A stretch of 64,000 nt of DNA from Balanoglossus misakiensis. Lineage: Eukaryota; Animalia; Hemichordata. Position 1 is the stretch's first letter, and each line of letters starts with the position of its first letter. Shown piece after piece: positions 1 to 14,900 of the stretch. A program made the position numbers and the translations under genes. The DNA is taken from positions 10,796,017 to 10,860,016 of the forward strand of contig CM082592.2 of NCBI GenBank assembly GCA_040954595.2, given 5' to 3'. Under the pieces are notes generated by a model, which made no database searches, had not been told where the DNA came from, and worked only from the letters and a program-made list of their open reading frames with translations.

Positions 1-28
1 AACTGTGAACATGCCATGATGGTCCTAC

Positions 29-2628
29 CTGGGATAACTTTGTTATCTGAATCAAAATCATAAACTATGCAAGCATAAGCCAGGTCTGATATGGGGTCAC
101 CAAGGGTTGACAGTTCCCAGTCTAATATGGCCAGCACCTCTGCTTTGGTTGGGTGAAAGATCAAATTATCCAGTCTGAAGTCCCCATGTACAACTGAGGT
201 TTTGTCTGTTTCTGGATAATTCTGTGGTAGCCACTTCATCAACTTATCCATGGCAGGTATTTCATGAGTTTTACTGACTTCATACTGTTTTGACCATCTC
301 TCAGTTTGACGCTTGACATAATTACCTGTGAATGAATAAATGAATGAATGAAGAATAAATGAAAAGGTAATATGTACAACAGACAGAGGTAGATAGACAG
401 ATAGATAGATAGTTCACATACCGTGTTTGCCAAACTTTGCGAGGCCTGCCTTCTCAACATCCACAAGATGAATTTGACTGAGTACTTTACAGATTTCTGA
501 GTAGATCTCACTTCTTTCTTCTTTGCTCATGTCAGGCAAAGTGCAATTTTCGAAGATCCTCCCTCTGACGTATTCCATGATATAAAAAGGTGTTCCAATG
601 ATGCTATGTATAGAAAAAATACATGCATACAGCTTGATATTTTTAACAATTGTACAAGTGATAATCATGTGCACAACGTAAGCAACCTTATTGACATTAG
701 AGATACAAAGTTTTTTACTTTTCTACTTGCTTGAGGCATATACAAGTTAAGCATTTAGCATATAGGACACATGATTAATTTCCCAAGTATACCAGTATGC
801 CACTCACAAGTAATACCGGTATATCTTACCTACTGTCTTCACACAGGTCAATGACCTTCGGTACAGGCACGCCAGATTCTCCCATTGCTTTCATCACCTG
901 ATACTCTCTTTCCACGGCGTGAGCTGACGGAAGCAGCTTTCCCGGTGGTTTCTTCCGTAACACCAATTCCCGACCTCCGTATCCGATGTAATACGTTGGG
1001 TTGGACTGACCGTGTTTGAATTCCCGGATGTTTGGAGATTCCTGGGAGGTGATTCCCAGTTTACTGTCAAGATATGCGACAAGCGAGTCCGTTGGAAGCT
1101 CCATACCTTTCCTGACAGCAATGGTACCTTGGACGTACCCAGACAACGGTAAACTAAGAATTTCACTCAGCTCCTTCAAGGCTACATTTATATCTTTGAC
1201 CTAAAAACAGAGAAAGAACTTTGAGAAATATAGAATATTACCAAATCAATACTTTGGTTAAGTAAAAGGCATTAGTGTAAAACAAGACTGGTTTCGTTTT
1301 TTTAAATCAATTTTTCATATACATTTTCTATCATTTCACTTATACAACGCAGGACGCAAGAGTCAATACTCAATGTACATATGCATTTGCTATCAACAAA
1401 GCCTGAGACATAATATTACGAAATATCCCTTTGCATGATTGAATGTTTTACAGGCACTTTCTGAATGAAATATTCCCTGACAATACCTGGATTGTTCTGA
1501 TGCCAACTTCAGCTGCTCCCTTCAAATAAACGCTAATGTCATCAAGAAAGACAGTCTCCTCTGGACTAACTCCTAGTTTTTCTAAACACAGTTGATAGAT
1601 TTTGTGATTTGGTTTCTTCATCTTCACCAGGGCCGACTCAACCACCTGAGAAATCAAGGAATTGACTGTGATAAAAGGACATCAACAAAATGGAGGAATT
1701 AAATCTCTCATGAATGAGATTTTATAATTCAGAATATCTTCTCCATTCCTAATGCACTATATCTATAAAAAGTACATGTACTTACAACATCAAAATGTTT
1801 CTCTTCTACAGGTCTCAGCGACTTTCCATCAGGGTGAACCCAATTATTGGTCAATAATGCTGTCTTAATGCCCTCTGCTCGTAAACACGCCAGAGCATCT
1901 AAAACTTGTGGGAATGGTTCTGATGCGTGTCTCTTGTAATGTGGCAGCAAATCAGATACGGACACACGTTTTCCAAGCTTATCAATGACAAACAAAAGAA
2001 AGTGACATTACATATGAAATACTGATCTAAGAATTGAATCTGACACTCATGGGAAAAACCATGGTGTAAATGATCTTGTATCTCTCTGAGATTATTAGCT
2101 TAACCAAGTCATATCAAAACAATCCGCTGATCAACTTCTTTCCTTACCACATTAGCACATTCGTCACCGAATGGTTCCACAAATGTCGCTGAGTTCAGTT
2201 CTCCTCTAAGCAGCCTTGACCAAGCACCTTCTTCACCACCGTGGATTAGAACTTTAACAAAAGAACCTTCAGGAATGCCAAGTCTGTTCTCTAGAGCTGA
2301 AAATGATAGACAAGCTACTGTAAAAGGTGTTTGTGGTGGTTGTCATTTTTGACAATAAATGACAAGCAATTGCCTTGATCTGCCATAAATTTTCTGAGTA
2401 AAATCAAACCAGAATCAATGACCTACATTTAAAGACTGCAACTGGACCAGGTATAACAACACCTCCCATGTCAAAGATCACAGCTGAAGTCTTATTCCGG
2501 ACCTGCATTCCATGGTTTCTGATCACATCGTCTCTTCTCTGGAAAAATGTCCAATTCCGGCTGGTCTGCACCCCGCACAGAGGTCCAACCCTCTGATGGA
2601 GCTGACGGAATGATGCCAGAATTCTCAT
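29..2628 (-). CDS. ACAD10: Acyl-CoA dehydrogenase family member 10 (5' part, spliced; continues beyond left edge)
   Basis: Exons with GT-AG boundaries and consistent phases: 2427-2628, 2148-2296, 1786-1977, 1487-1645, 830-1200, 422-603, 29-325. The spliced protein has an Arg-rich mitochondrial-type N-terminus, HAD-like motifs ([30 protein letters not shown]) and the ACAD10/11 APH-like domain ([57 protein letters not shown]). The N-terminal HAD domain distinguishes ACAD10 from ACAD11. Confidence 0.93.
381..412. repeat. (AGAC/AGAT)n tetranucleotide microsatellite
   Basis: agacagaggtagatagacagatagatagatag in an ACAD10 intron. Confidence 0.7.
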
Positions 2629-3063
2629 TTTTCTTTTTTTCCCTGCATGAATGATAAAAGAGCTATTCTGATTTTACAATGAAATACAAAGGGACAAATG
2701 CCCTTCATTTTGACTTTGACTCAAACCCAAAAAACCTTTTAAGTATTTATTTCTTTATTGCCTGTTTTTACTAATGTATTATTTCAGATAATTCCCAGGG
2801 TTCATATCAGTTCATGAGTATAGTTTCAAATTTCTCCAAGGTAACTTGAATAACCCGCAGCCATGCATTATATTATAAGTGCATTGTGTATAACTGCTCC
2901 TGGTGACCTTTGAATTGTTCATAGGTTATCAGCTACAGCAGCTTAATGCCCAAAACCAGGCAAGAGACAGATTGAATGCAATGCAATGCAGTGAAATGCA
3001 ACACAGAAATGTATTAATGTACTGTTGTGCACAGCAGACGACAGAGTAAACATATGCCAAAAG

Positions 3064-3088
3064 GGGGCGTGGCAGAAAGGGGCGTGGC
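3064..3088. promoter_or_regulatory. Tandem Sp/KLF-type GC boxes upstream of the ACAD10 coding start
   Basis: GGGGCGTGGC occurs twice (3064-3073, 3079-3088), 15 bp apart, in otherwise AT-rich DNA about 450 bp 5' of the ACAD10 ATG. Function is inferred only. Confidence 0.4.
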
Positions 3089-5828
3089 ACCTAAATTTGT
3101 TTCCGATACCAGGTTTGTGAGCACAGTTTGCGCTTGGCTTGTCTGTGCCTGACAGGCCATACCTTGCCCTCTCCTCCGAGGCCTAATGACTAGCTGCAGT
3201 GCCACAGCACGTGTTTGTGTTAATGTTCGTGTATAAAGCCTTGAACTAAAGCAAATTCGTCGCTTCCTGAACCACAAGTCGTGGCCATGGTTGTAGACAA
3301 CATACTGCGCACTGAAAAGTGTACAAACCTTAGCAAGATGCTGAATTTGCTATTTCTTTTAACGAAGGTCGCATCCTGTCTCCAGCTCACTCAGTTGACC
3401 CAAACCTTAGACGACAGTTCAAAGGGCTATGACCTGAAGTGACCCCGAACTCGGGTCATCGCACGCCCCCTTGTGTTCAGTAGCAAAAACGAAAGTACTT
3501 GATGGACTGATTGAAGTTGTACTAGTGTAATCTATGTGGGTGCAGTATACCTGTAGCAAATTTCATAAAAAAACAGTGTTATGGATTTATAGTATTTATG
3601 ACACATATTCGTTATATATGCAAATTAAATTGATTGATTAAAGTATACTCTGTTGTACAACTTTTCCTGCCTCTAGTCTATTTATTATCAGATACAATTC
3701 ACTGACTATCGCTCATTATCTTTTATTTTGTAAATATTCTGTACGGTTCTCCGAGACCTGTACGGAAATAACCTAAAAATTGTACTTGAAAAGGATTCTT
3801 TCGGTCATCAAAGATTGGCTATTTTGAAGGACAACTACGACCAATATCTTTTATCTGAAGATAATTTGAAAGTCCGCAGTATGAAAGGCTTAGTGTTGGA
3901 CACATTGGGTCCATTCATTTATGGTGGTCAAAGAATTCTTTGTCCGTTGCCGGATTTGTGTCGTGAACCCTGAACGTTGCGATGCTGTAGATGTGTCGAT
4001 CATAGTGTGACAGGCTTTGACACACAGAGAACACATTTCGCCCACTGCACACACGATTTCTTCCACAGACATTTGTTTGCTCTACGGATTGAAGTTGGAC
4101 ATAAAGGGTCCTCACGTAACGAGATTTAACAATGAGCCCACTCAAGCATGGGAATTAAGGTGTTCATAACCAGTTACTGAACGCACAGGTATATTGGAAA
4201 CTATAAACGTGTAGGATGAGCCTTGTATTTCACCTCGTAAACGCATATAGACAATTTTATTTGCTGGAGTTGAAAAGTCTGTTATCTATTACCGGAGTTT
4301 ATGTCTCATATTGAAAAGAAATACAAGGCAACCTCGCAATTAACTTTTAAGTTATGTTCACCACCTGAGTTTATTTGGGTGGACAAAAAGACGGATTTAA
4401 AGAAATAAAAACAAACAGGACACCCTGTAAACATGCAGGACATTTATATGAATTCGTATACTTGTATATTGATGTATGTTTTATATTTTACAGTCACGTC
4501 ATAATTAACAACTGATTCGGAAAGTGCGATATCGACTGTTTACAAGAACACTCGAAGGCAATGCTTTATCTATGAGAAAACCACACGTCACACGCCACAG
4601 ATTCGTACGGGCAGTCGGTAAAATTAAAGCGAAGCCTGAGTAATGGCCCGTGACGATACCTCATTATTTACGAATCGTCAACAACGATATGTGAAGTCAT
4701 GAATACTACTGTCCTGGTAAGTTTTATATTCAAAGTGATGGACGCTTTTGGTGAACTGAAGTTCTTGGAATATTTTGGCCTGGAATGATATTAGTCTTTT
4801 CGCGCAATATCGATATCCACCAACATTTTTTAAATACAGAAACAGCAGAATTAAGCCCAGTGCGAAATCAGTACCAGATGGCGAATCATTAAAGTACGCA
4901 ATCCTCTTATTTCACCATTTGACCACAGAACCACGGAGAGATTCCAGACAGAGCCTGTGTTGGTAGCAACCACACCGAATGTCGTACATCACCGTCGTCG
5001 ATGGCTTTCTCGTGGCACTGACATGACAACGGGCGCATTGAACCTACACAGGGTCACAGATACAAAGTATTTCTTCTGCAGGCGGGCCATTCAGTGATCA
5101 ACGAAAGAATGGCTTACATTGGGTGTGGTCCCTTTAGACGTAGTCTTTATTGTAGCCAACATACATCGCATGATACATGCTATACATTCTAGGTCCTTTT
5201 CTGTCTGTCTCGGTCATGAAAAACCCTCAACTATCTTCGGCAGACGAAGTGCCCTGCCGGGAGCAAAATATATAGACTCCTATTCCATAGAAGTTGACAA
5301 CGGCTTTGACCTTCCCGGGAGCTCTCCAGTTTTCCAATCAAAACACAACACAGAAAATGTACTATCTCTTTCTAGTCCTTCAGTCAATATTTGCCAAACA
5401 CCACAATTCAGCGGGCAAAGGGGTTTCATCCGTTATGCAGGGAGGTTTTGCGTTCGAACTTTAAAGTGTCTGGTACAGCAACCCAACGCAGAGCAGTCTC
5501 CTACACGACTCGGGCACGTACTACGCCCACGCTTTTTTGGTAAGACATAGCAACCGTAACATGGGCTAACTTTTACTGCACGAAAGCAAAATTTAAATGT
5601 CAAGAGTGTCACCCCGCTTTACCTCTCGTAGCAACAACCTGTTGCTCCACCCCATGCAGTACACTTTGTCCCCATGTAAAAGTGGTTTGGTCTGACTGGT
5701 TCACTTAGTGTTTCCACAAGGGTCTTTCCTCTCTCTCTGAACCGGACCATCTATTCCACCTTCTGCTTGTTTCCCTGAAAACACTTACTCCGGGATTGGA
5801 TCGGAACCACTGTAGAAAGCCACCCGCC

Positions 5829-5907
5829 ATGGCGTTCCTTGGCGAGGGACAAGTTCTCCGGTTCTTGGTACTGCTATGTTCAATCACTGCCGCCAACACT
5901 GTGTCAG
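5829..5907 (+). CDS. Exon 1: signal peptide
   Basis: Ideal Kozak context ccgccATGG; encodes [26 protein letters not shown]; ends at CAG|GTAAGT in phase 1, matching the phase-1 EGF exon at 13989. Linkage across the 8.1 kb intron is inferred. Confidence 0.75.
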
Positions 5908-8900
5908 GTAAGTTTTCTTTTCACACACTATCACTAACCGGGGGAATCCATCCAGAGCCGTTTCAGTTCAAGGATCAAGGTATCACCAATTTTAAAGCCT
6001 AGGTGGCCATAATGTAAATGCTAAACTTATCAACAGAAAATCGTCGCTACCAAGTTACCCACTGAGCTGACACAAAAAGTAATGCTTTTAAAGAAACGAA
6101 ACGAGCTGGACCGGTGTCTTTAAATGGGAAGGTGATGGGAACAGAATAAGTCCATACAACCTTGAGAATGCGTCGCGTTTGACAGCTACCGTCGTTCAAA
6201 CTTCGCAATTCCACCGTAATTGTGTGCTTAAGTCGCAATGTCAACAGAATCTACCTTTCGCTCACATATCGACCCAAGCGGTCACCGCACCATCCACAAA
6301 TCATAACGCAGTTCGTCTAGTCAGCCGCAGAATTTTACTTTATGAATACTGTTCTATGCATGCAGTGACCTAAAAAACCTCTTTGAGTATGTCACACGTT
6401 AGGCTTCCTTTCCATGCCTTGCTTCAATCATAGACTCTACTGTCTATGCTTCAATGTGTCAAGACAAACTCTATTGTTCAACATAAGATAGTCGCAAGTG
6501 ATTTACCCTTTGTTTGTACTGCACCATTCCGGGTAAATATTGACTGCTGCATCGTACTGAGCTTTAGTGAAAACGGTATAAATGCTAAAAATTGTTGCTA
6601 TTGTATTTTCGCTAAAATATACATTGAAAAAGAAGTGGCAAGTGGCTGCTTGCAGAAATGTTTAGCGAGCTCGCTTATGAGGGACTGTGGTTACACATTC
6701 CAGTCGAATTGCGTAAGGACCCCAGTTTGCTTAAAAGAGCTAGGTTAAGTGATACTTAGCGCACCTTTTCCAAATGAAGAGATCTCTACCGTAACTCATG
6801 CACATATTAACCCAATGAATCAGTCGTCAGTAGGATTGAAATGTTGTGATTTATATTGTCATATAGTTCGTGGAACGACTATAAACGCGTATTGTATGTG
6901 TCAGGGGTGTAGCGAACCTCGAAATTTCAAAAGTAGGCAGTCACGGTGGAATTCTGGGGGGGGGGGGAGCGCTTAGTGTCGGAGTGGTAAGTGGTAAGGG
7001 ATGTTGGCAGAAACTTGAAGTCACACCACTGGTCCTTCAAGTTCTTGCCAGTGCCCTAAATTTGGGTGAATGAACTCTCGCGATGTATACTGATCACGTG
7101 GTCATCCTCTACTCGATATGGTCTGTTAAACTGAAGTTATAAGCCCGAGAAACCTCAGCTAATTTCCACTGAGGAAAGATGGCGAGCCAAGCGATAAAGA
7201 TAACAGTCCTTTTGTATGACGGAGTAATCTTAAAAGATGGGCGTTTATTGTCAGTTCATGTTCAGTAACTATGGTTGACATTCAGCGGCATGTTTTTCGA
7301 ATAAAAAAGTGACCCCACCCGGCTTCGAAGTGAAGCGCCATACAGAGGTATAGTTTGGTCAAACTTCTATTGTCCGTCCGTGGCGAACTCGGACAAGACA
7401 AGTGAATGACGGGAACGGACAGGGTTAGACTGGATCAATTGAAGAATTTCAGCTTGAACCGCATGACAAATTTCCCACACTCTGGGAACCTCTCTCGTTT
7501 TGATCGTCGTAAAAGCTTATTGAGACATTGTGCAATTTGATGAATGAGGGTCTCATGCATCCCATTCAACTGTCCGATTATTTCTTAGATGTTAAACGCC
7601 TTTCATGGGATCCTACGTTCCAGCTACACTCCGTCTAAATGGGACAGTTCCGGTAGCAATATATTGAATTAAGAACACCAGAGATTGTGTGCGAACATTC
7701 TGGCTTACACACACTGTATATGTACACTTATTAACGTTCCACGTGACGATGGGAATTATCCCGATCGATGGAAAGTGTTTACAGGCCCTAATTAGTTGAC
7801 AAACAACCATCATTTGCAGTTTATAAAATTAATTCCAAATAAAACTGGTGCTTAGGGGCGCACAAGTACCGATCACAGGATCGGGAATCAATTTTTTTAG
7901 GAGAACGTATAAAAGTGAAAGTTTGAGTTGTATGTCTCAATGTGAAGAAAAAGCGAATATCATCTGTCGTTGTACAATTGGAAGAATGTTCAGATTGGTG
8001 TCTTACATGCAGACGATGTATCATTAAAAAATGCATCTTTTAAAGCGACAAGTAGTACTCAAGATAGCGCCGACATGAACGCAGAATCGTGCATGGAAGC
8101 AGTGAACTTTCCATGGGAACAGTCTAGGGGGTTAGTGACGCGTAAAATTGAGGAGGGGCTGTGTGGGTTATCAGATCGTGGTCAAACTTAATAAATCACG
8201 TAATCCTCCGAGTGCAAAGAGTCAAAGACTCATTCTCTTGTCATTTTCAACGGTGATTGTAAATCAGATTTACCTATACACATATCCTCTCATATAAACT
8301 GCCTGGCCACGTGAGATCTCGTCGGGTCTCGTGGAGTTCGGAAAATGGCTTATCTACTTTTGAGGAGTGAGGAATTATCCAAGGCCCCTTAATGGGTCTG
8401 GTTTGGTGTAATTCGTGTAACCATGGAATGGCATGCTATTGTTGACACTCTATCCTGACATGTCCGCTGTAAAAAAAAGGTCTCTCAACCTCTGCAAGAC
8501 CTTCGATTAAGGTCATGCATACAAATACATGTGGGCTGAGTTGATTCTCTTGTCATATAAGAAATATCTCCGTTGTTTCGTTGAGGCTTCAGCAGTTCAC
8601 GCCAAAGACTCCCACGGGTAATACTAACACAATGTTGAATTCTGTTGATTGTGTAAACCACTGCAATTTTCTCAAGGGTCGGAGTAGGGTAATGCCCCTG
8701 TGAATACCACTGGCATTTTACTGGCGGAAATTCTGGAGAAGGATGACTCGGCACTTTTGCTTTGATTGATGAAACTATTCTTACATTTGACCAGCACCCC
8801 TCCCCTTTTTCTTTGTTTCAATCCTGTACTAATTTGTAGTCTCGTTTGGTGGAAGACTAAGTAATCAATGGTGGCGTGTACATCTTTTTTAATGGCCTTC

Positions 8901-11900
8901 TGCCTTGAAACTTAGAAACACAAGACAAGACAGACACAATTTGATATCGATTCATGCACCCTAACTGTTCATTGCACCCTGATTGAAAGTAAGTTCAGGT
9001 GTTTAACCGAATCGTTTCACGTCTTTCGTTCGCCCACTTGAGGTCGCCTCTATAGGTTACTTTAATTTTGTTTGTTTAATGGGCGAGTTCCCTCATAAGG
9101 TTACCCTAGTTAGTACAAAGTACACATGCTTTACAATGGTCTGTGTGTGAAGGGGGTCTGTGGTTTAAAGGACAATGCTCCCATGACTTTGATAACGTTA
9201 AAAAAATCACGTCAGTGGATTAAAGGGACTACTTCGGTAAAATTCATCGCACAATTGGACCTCACTACACTAACCAGGCAACAGTTCCATAAAACAATGA
9301 CTGCAAAAAAGTCGGTGAAAGTTGACGACGCCCTTGTGCAACCGGTTGTATGTCGTGAACCGATGAGCCCCAAATAGAGGCATCAGGTCACGTGACTGAA
9401 CAAACGCGGTGCACGCACTCACGACGAACCTCGCATTCACTCGTCTTCTTCTCTGGACTTGCGCCCTTTCTTTATGACAAAGCAGTCGGCTGTTTTTCGA
9501 GTGTGGATTGTAACTGTGAGCAGGTCGTGACCTTTTACTCCGAACGAATGCATTTTATAGACACACCTTGTTTCCTTTCGCTCGTTAAAACACGACCTTC
9601 AGGTCGAAACTGCACTGGAATGCGAGCAGATCTGTGATGTGACACGGTGACACTTGCCAAAGAATAGCTTGGTTGGGCAAAAGTGATTGGGTAATGAACA
9701 AGTAATTACATATTAGCGGATAACGATTTACTTAGATCAGTTGGTATTTGGTAAAACCTCTGACATCTCATCTGACACAGTGCCTTCTTCAAGTTGTGTG
9801 GATTGACATTCTCACACGGGACAACGAAGTGGATACTGAGGTCACTTGAGATATGTCAAACTGTCAGAATGATAAAATGCCGTGACATTTTAAATACACT
9901 GTAGGTTCGTACAATGGCATGCAAGTTAGGAGAATCTGTAAGTTGGAACATGCGGGTAGGCGCGGCTATCTCTCTCAACTACGAAGTATTTTATGTCATG
10001 GATATGTGAGGTAAAAAAAGGCTTAAAACAAATTACATTCAATTAATGAATGTAAGTTGGGTGTATTGGTATGTTCGAAGGTAGAACACGCCCCCAACGG
10101 TATCCTGAGGCCCCGATACCGGCACGTTTGTCACCATGTTCACCATAGTTGGTTTCTCCACCTCTTTTGTGAAAGGAAGCGCCCACAAATAATAGAGCAA
10201 TCCGCCAACCATAGAAGAGTGATGACGTATAGTCTGCTGCCCACAGGTCATTTACCAGTGGTCTGATTCCTTGCCCCTTCTTCACGCTGCTGGCGCTGCA
10301 CTCACGAAAGCAGAGTAGCAGGGGACCAGACTTATTTCTGGTAGCAACATTGCGCGGCTACACCCTTCCGTTAGCGTAGCACAGCCAGCGGTGGGATTGG
10401 CAGGGTATCAGATTAGCAAAAATTGTGGTCAGTATGCATCAAGAGAGGGCGTCGCACCCTAGTGCTAATAGTATTGATCTGTTTTCTTCAATGTCAAACG
10501 GCTAGCTTGGAGGAAAGTAGTACCTCAAAGTGCAACCGGTCATCTTTGGCCAATTCTGGCTTAGTTGTTGGACTGGTAACACACGATTTACCTGACTGCA
10601 GATTTTTGTGTTGGAAGTCGCGTTCAGCAAGGTCTGACACCGAAACAAACACAAAATATTGTGGTTTGTTATCAAAGTGCTTACTGGAGTTTATAGACTA
10701 TGTCGTGAAAATTCGGAATGTTCCTCAACAATGCCGCCTTTCCCCTATTAAAAAAATCCAAGGTCACCTTAAGAAATGTCAGAAACATTCGCGACGTTTA
10801 AGCATTTTAAACTGAATGAATGTCCACTCGATTAGGTTTTATGTTTGGTGGAGTTACCATAGTTACAACGCGACCGAAGGCTGGAGTGTTCATGTTGAAG
10901 GAAAACACTGAACCCATTAAACGGACGCTGATAAAAATTCCGTTACCTGGTAACTATTGTACCATCAAGCCTATTTTGATAATACGAATTTAATTGGGGG
11001 TACAGTCACCTCTAATTTACATACACCCATATATGGTTAATTGGTGTTTATAACGAATACAAATGAACCCATATCTGGCGTGCTTTTTTTTCGCGTGGTC
11101 AAGTGGAAATCTGTGATTGGGTAGACCTTCACTTTCCATGGTAACCAAGGCTGAATTTACACAGGTGACACAATACCTCTAATGGGAGTGTTCTGCGTTG
11201 TGATCTGTGTCGAAATTTGTAATATTTGATATTTCGAATGGATTATGTACTATACCTGTCCTTATCATTACAGAAATCACACTCTATATTATATTTTTGC
11301 CTCAATTGTCCTCATGGTGTCACGTCGGACAGTGATATCGCAGAAAAGCGACATAGATATATGAACTCCTCGATATGCCAGTTGATGACGCCAAAAGATT
11401 GCTCACCACGGGCGCCAAAATAGTTACACACCAGCTTCTCATTAGTTTCTTAACTTGTGTTCCATTATATGAACACTAAGGCCAACTTGCCTACTCCAAC
11501 AAGGCGGTCCCAAGCGCCCTAGATTTCCCAAGGACCTGTACAACAAAGCTTTTCTGTACACTTAAAACCGAATGACTTCTCTTTTATTTATTAAACTCAA
11601 ATTCCTTTGGCGTTCAGAAGCTATTTATACACCTTTTCATTTTGCCGTCTTTTGTGATGCAAACATTCTCAACAAGGTGTGTCCGTGCCACTTTTTCGAG
11701 TATTTATGCTACCTGGATTGTCTAACGACCATTCATCATTCGAGCGCCAACGTCTCCACCGAGTAGTGTAGTCTGTCGCCGTTCTCCGAGAAGTTAGTAG
11801 TGGCGTACTAGATTTTCGAAGGTACCGTGTTGACGCAAGCTTGTAATTCAAACAAGATGCCGGGTTTGTATTTTGTGCTGCACGTAAGTAAAATCGTGTA

Positions 11901-14900
11901 ATGTAACGTGGTGTACTTTCTCAGGTCAACATCCAATTAGTGATGCATGGTGAATACTCGCATGTGCTTGAGAGTAGTACCTGGTGAACTTAAAGTCAAC
12001 TTAATCAAAATTACAATTTTTACCTGTGGTAATAGCTATTTATGGACGAAGACGTATACAGGTTTCCGCAAGAAAAGGATTGATTTTTGTGAAGCTGCCA
12101 AAGTTCAGCGAAAGACATATGCCTTATCAAGGACACTAAATTGACGTTAACGTTATAAAACTAACCCAACGTGATCAAGCTTGTCAGAAGAATTCCTTTT
12201 TTAAAAAGTTTAACGGTGGCCTACTTACAGAAAGAAGAATGTTATCGTGTTCATACTTTTTTTTTGCAGGACAGACGACAGATTTACAGATGATGGGCGC
12301 GTGTGAATGCAATTTGCTTTTATTGACTTGGCGGTGTCTTGGTCATACACATGAACCCGTTTTGGAGAACGCTTCTTGAAGAAGCATTGCAAACGACCGT
12401 TGCTACGACAACACATTGTCCGATTTGTTTGTCCTCGCGTCTTCAGAATACTGACCGCGCCTATCATTCAGTCCCCGTGCAGGTCATTTCAACGAAACGA
12501 GTTAATAAATGCACGCCGAGAGATGGTCAACAAAGACAGCCCTTATAAAAAAAGTTGAAAGGGCCGTGAAGTGAATTTAACAGAAGCATGGCTACACAAC
12601 TGATTCGGTCAGTGATTGTCCTATTGAAAAAGCAGTTCAAACCGTGACGAATTCGGTCGCCACACAAACTTTGCAGGCGAGAACTCCCTCCAGAAAAACC
12701 TGTTTCATTTCAACTTCAGGTTTTTATCGTCGCCATCAACATAAACCCTTTAGCATGTGCGACTGAACTTTGGTTCGGAGGAGGTACTTAAACAACTTGA
12801 CAACATTCTTTGATGTCTGGGATTGTGACCTGCCGAATCAGCCAGACTTTTCTCACCTGGCTGTTCCAATTACTTTGCTCTCCACGGGGATTATCAGCGA
12901 AATTTATTGACACGTGCCAATGAAAACTTGATTATTACCATGACAACTGCCTGTGCTGTCAACAAAATATCGACGATTGCTAAGCTTTGAAGACAGATGG
13001 CGACGGGACTAAAATTTCGTTCATACCTTCCGATTTAGAGAACTTTCCGCGGCACTTTTCAGAAACAGTATCAGACAGACAAACAGAGAGAATGATATTT
13101 CATCCGGGGTTCTTTGGTCCCCACTTGCAATCACAGTTGCCCGGCGATCGGGCATTGCCCGAATTCTTCACATAATTAACACAAATTTCGACAAACAAGG
13201 TGTAGTTGTGTGAACGCCGTCCGTCTTGCGTGGCTCGTCCATCTCTTTCAGGTTGACCGCGCTTCGCTGGAACACCTTGTTCATTATTCATATATATTCT
13301 TGAACCGTAAAAAACTCCCATTGAAGTGTTAGACACTATCAGCTTTGTTCTTTTGCTATCTTCAACGAGCGGACGACGGCTTGGGTCATTAAAGTCGGCA
13401 GTAAACATTACTCCCGAAGATAAAAAATAACCCCTAGTGAAATAAACGAAGGCCTATAGAACAGTATGCAAGCGTGTCACGAATGCAGGGACTGTATTTG
13501 AGTCCAACGTCTTCGCGTCTGTAAGATCTACTTCAATGTTCTTTTCCAGAAAATTTGGCATTGAACCAAGATCTTCCAGTCGCATTGTGGGTGGGTATAG
13601 GTGGGCGGCTCAAAAAGTCTATTCACACTGTCAAATACATTCCAGAAGACAGAATGCCAGTGTTTTGAAGAGAAAGGAAAAAAGATATATAAATGTGGGT
13701 GTCACTGTTTACGTGAGCGTTCGTTGTTGAAGCGGGACGAGCCTCCAGGCAAATTCTCGCCGACAGTGAGTTGTCGTTTTCAGTTGTCATTACAGGTATG
13801 ACCGTGACATGAAAAGCTGGTCACATCAGCTCCTGTGGAAACTGACGGAAAACAACGTCTTTAAGAAATCTGACATTTGTTCAGACGGAGATGGTTGACA
13901 TATTGCTTGAGGCCACCTTTTGGGACGGTGGGACGAAGATGACCATACTACTTCTACTCAACGATTGTTTCTCTTTCGTTCATTTCAGGAGGATTGGACA
14001 GGGCGAGTACTACTACATGCGATGATTTCCCTTGTATTTATGGAACTTGTCGACCTCGAACAGGAGAATCACCGGCGTTTGTATGTGAATGTATGGAAGG
14101 AGCCGAGGGCGACTTATGCGAAATCAGTAAGTTCAAATTGGCGGATTGGCACTGTGTATATGATAACGACTCCTGGTTTGATGAAAATATCGAGATATGT
14201 CTGCTCGACACAGCAACTTGAACTTAGATGACTCGAAGATGACATTTCTATATAAACGGATTCTGGGAGGTTTATCCTGTTATTTTCCCAAGCAAAGACG
14301 TTAAACATTCATACACCCCTTGAACCCTTTTTTCTCCAGATATAGACGACTGTGCCAGCAACCCGTGCCAACACGACAGTGAATGCGTGGACATTTTACC
14401 GGGCTACTACTGCGCATGCTTATCTGGTTGGACAGGTGTTAACTGCGAAAATGGTAAAAAGTGCAAGATTGTTTAGTTCTTCCAAGCCACAACATGCAGG
14501 TCGACTGCCATGCATTGAGAAAAAAACGAGCATGTGTCTTTCTGGGCGACGTAATGTCTCTTTTTTCACATGTCGTAAATACGTTTTGCTATACAAATGT
14601 CTGAGAAATAGAGAACATTGTCGTAAAGCCCACTCAACTGGACTACACCCTTTTATACAATCGGCCCCATTCAATATGACAACTGAACTCCAATCACGTA
14701 TAGAGCAGAATGTGACCAGGGCGTGTTGGTTCATGTTATCTTTTAGCTACTGGTATTTGTTTGGAAGAACCTTGTAAGAATGGTGGAAACTGTACAGCAT
14801 TGGACGATTATGGCGCCTACCACTGCACCTGTCCTCCGAACTGGATGGGTGTAAACTGCACAGACGGTGAGCGCCATTCCATTTATGTATAATTTTCACT

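Noticed and set aside
5119-5550. 143 aa ORF between the two genes
   Set aside because: Non-ATG start and no motif or compositional support; probably a chance ORF.
10423-10815. 130 aa ORF with a hydrophobic, signal-like N-terminus inside intron 1
   Set aside because: It starts at TTG rather than ATG, and I see no recognisable domain or convincing splice sites.
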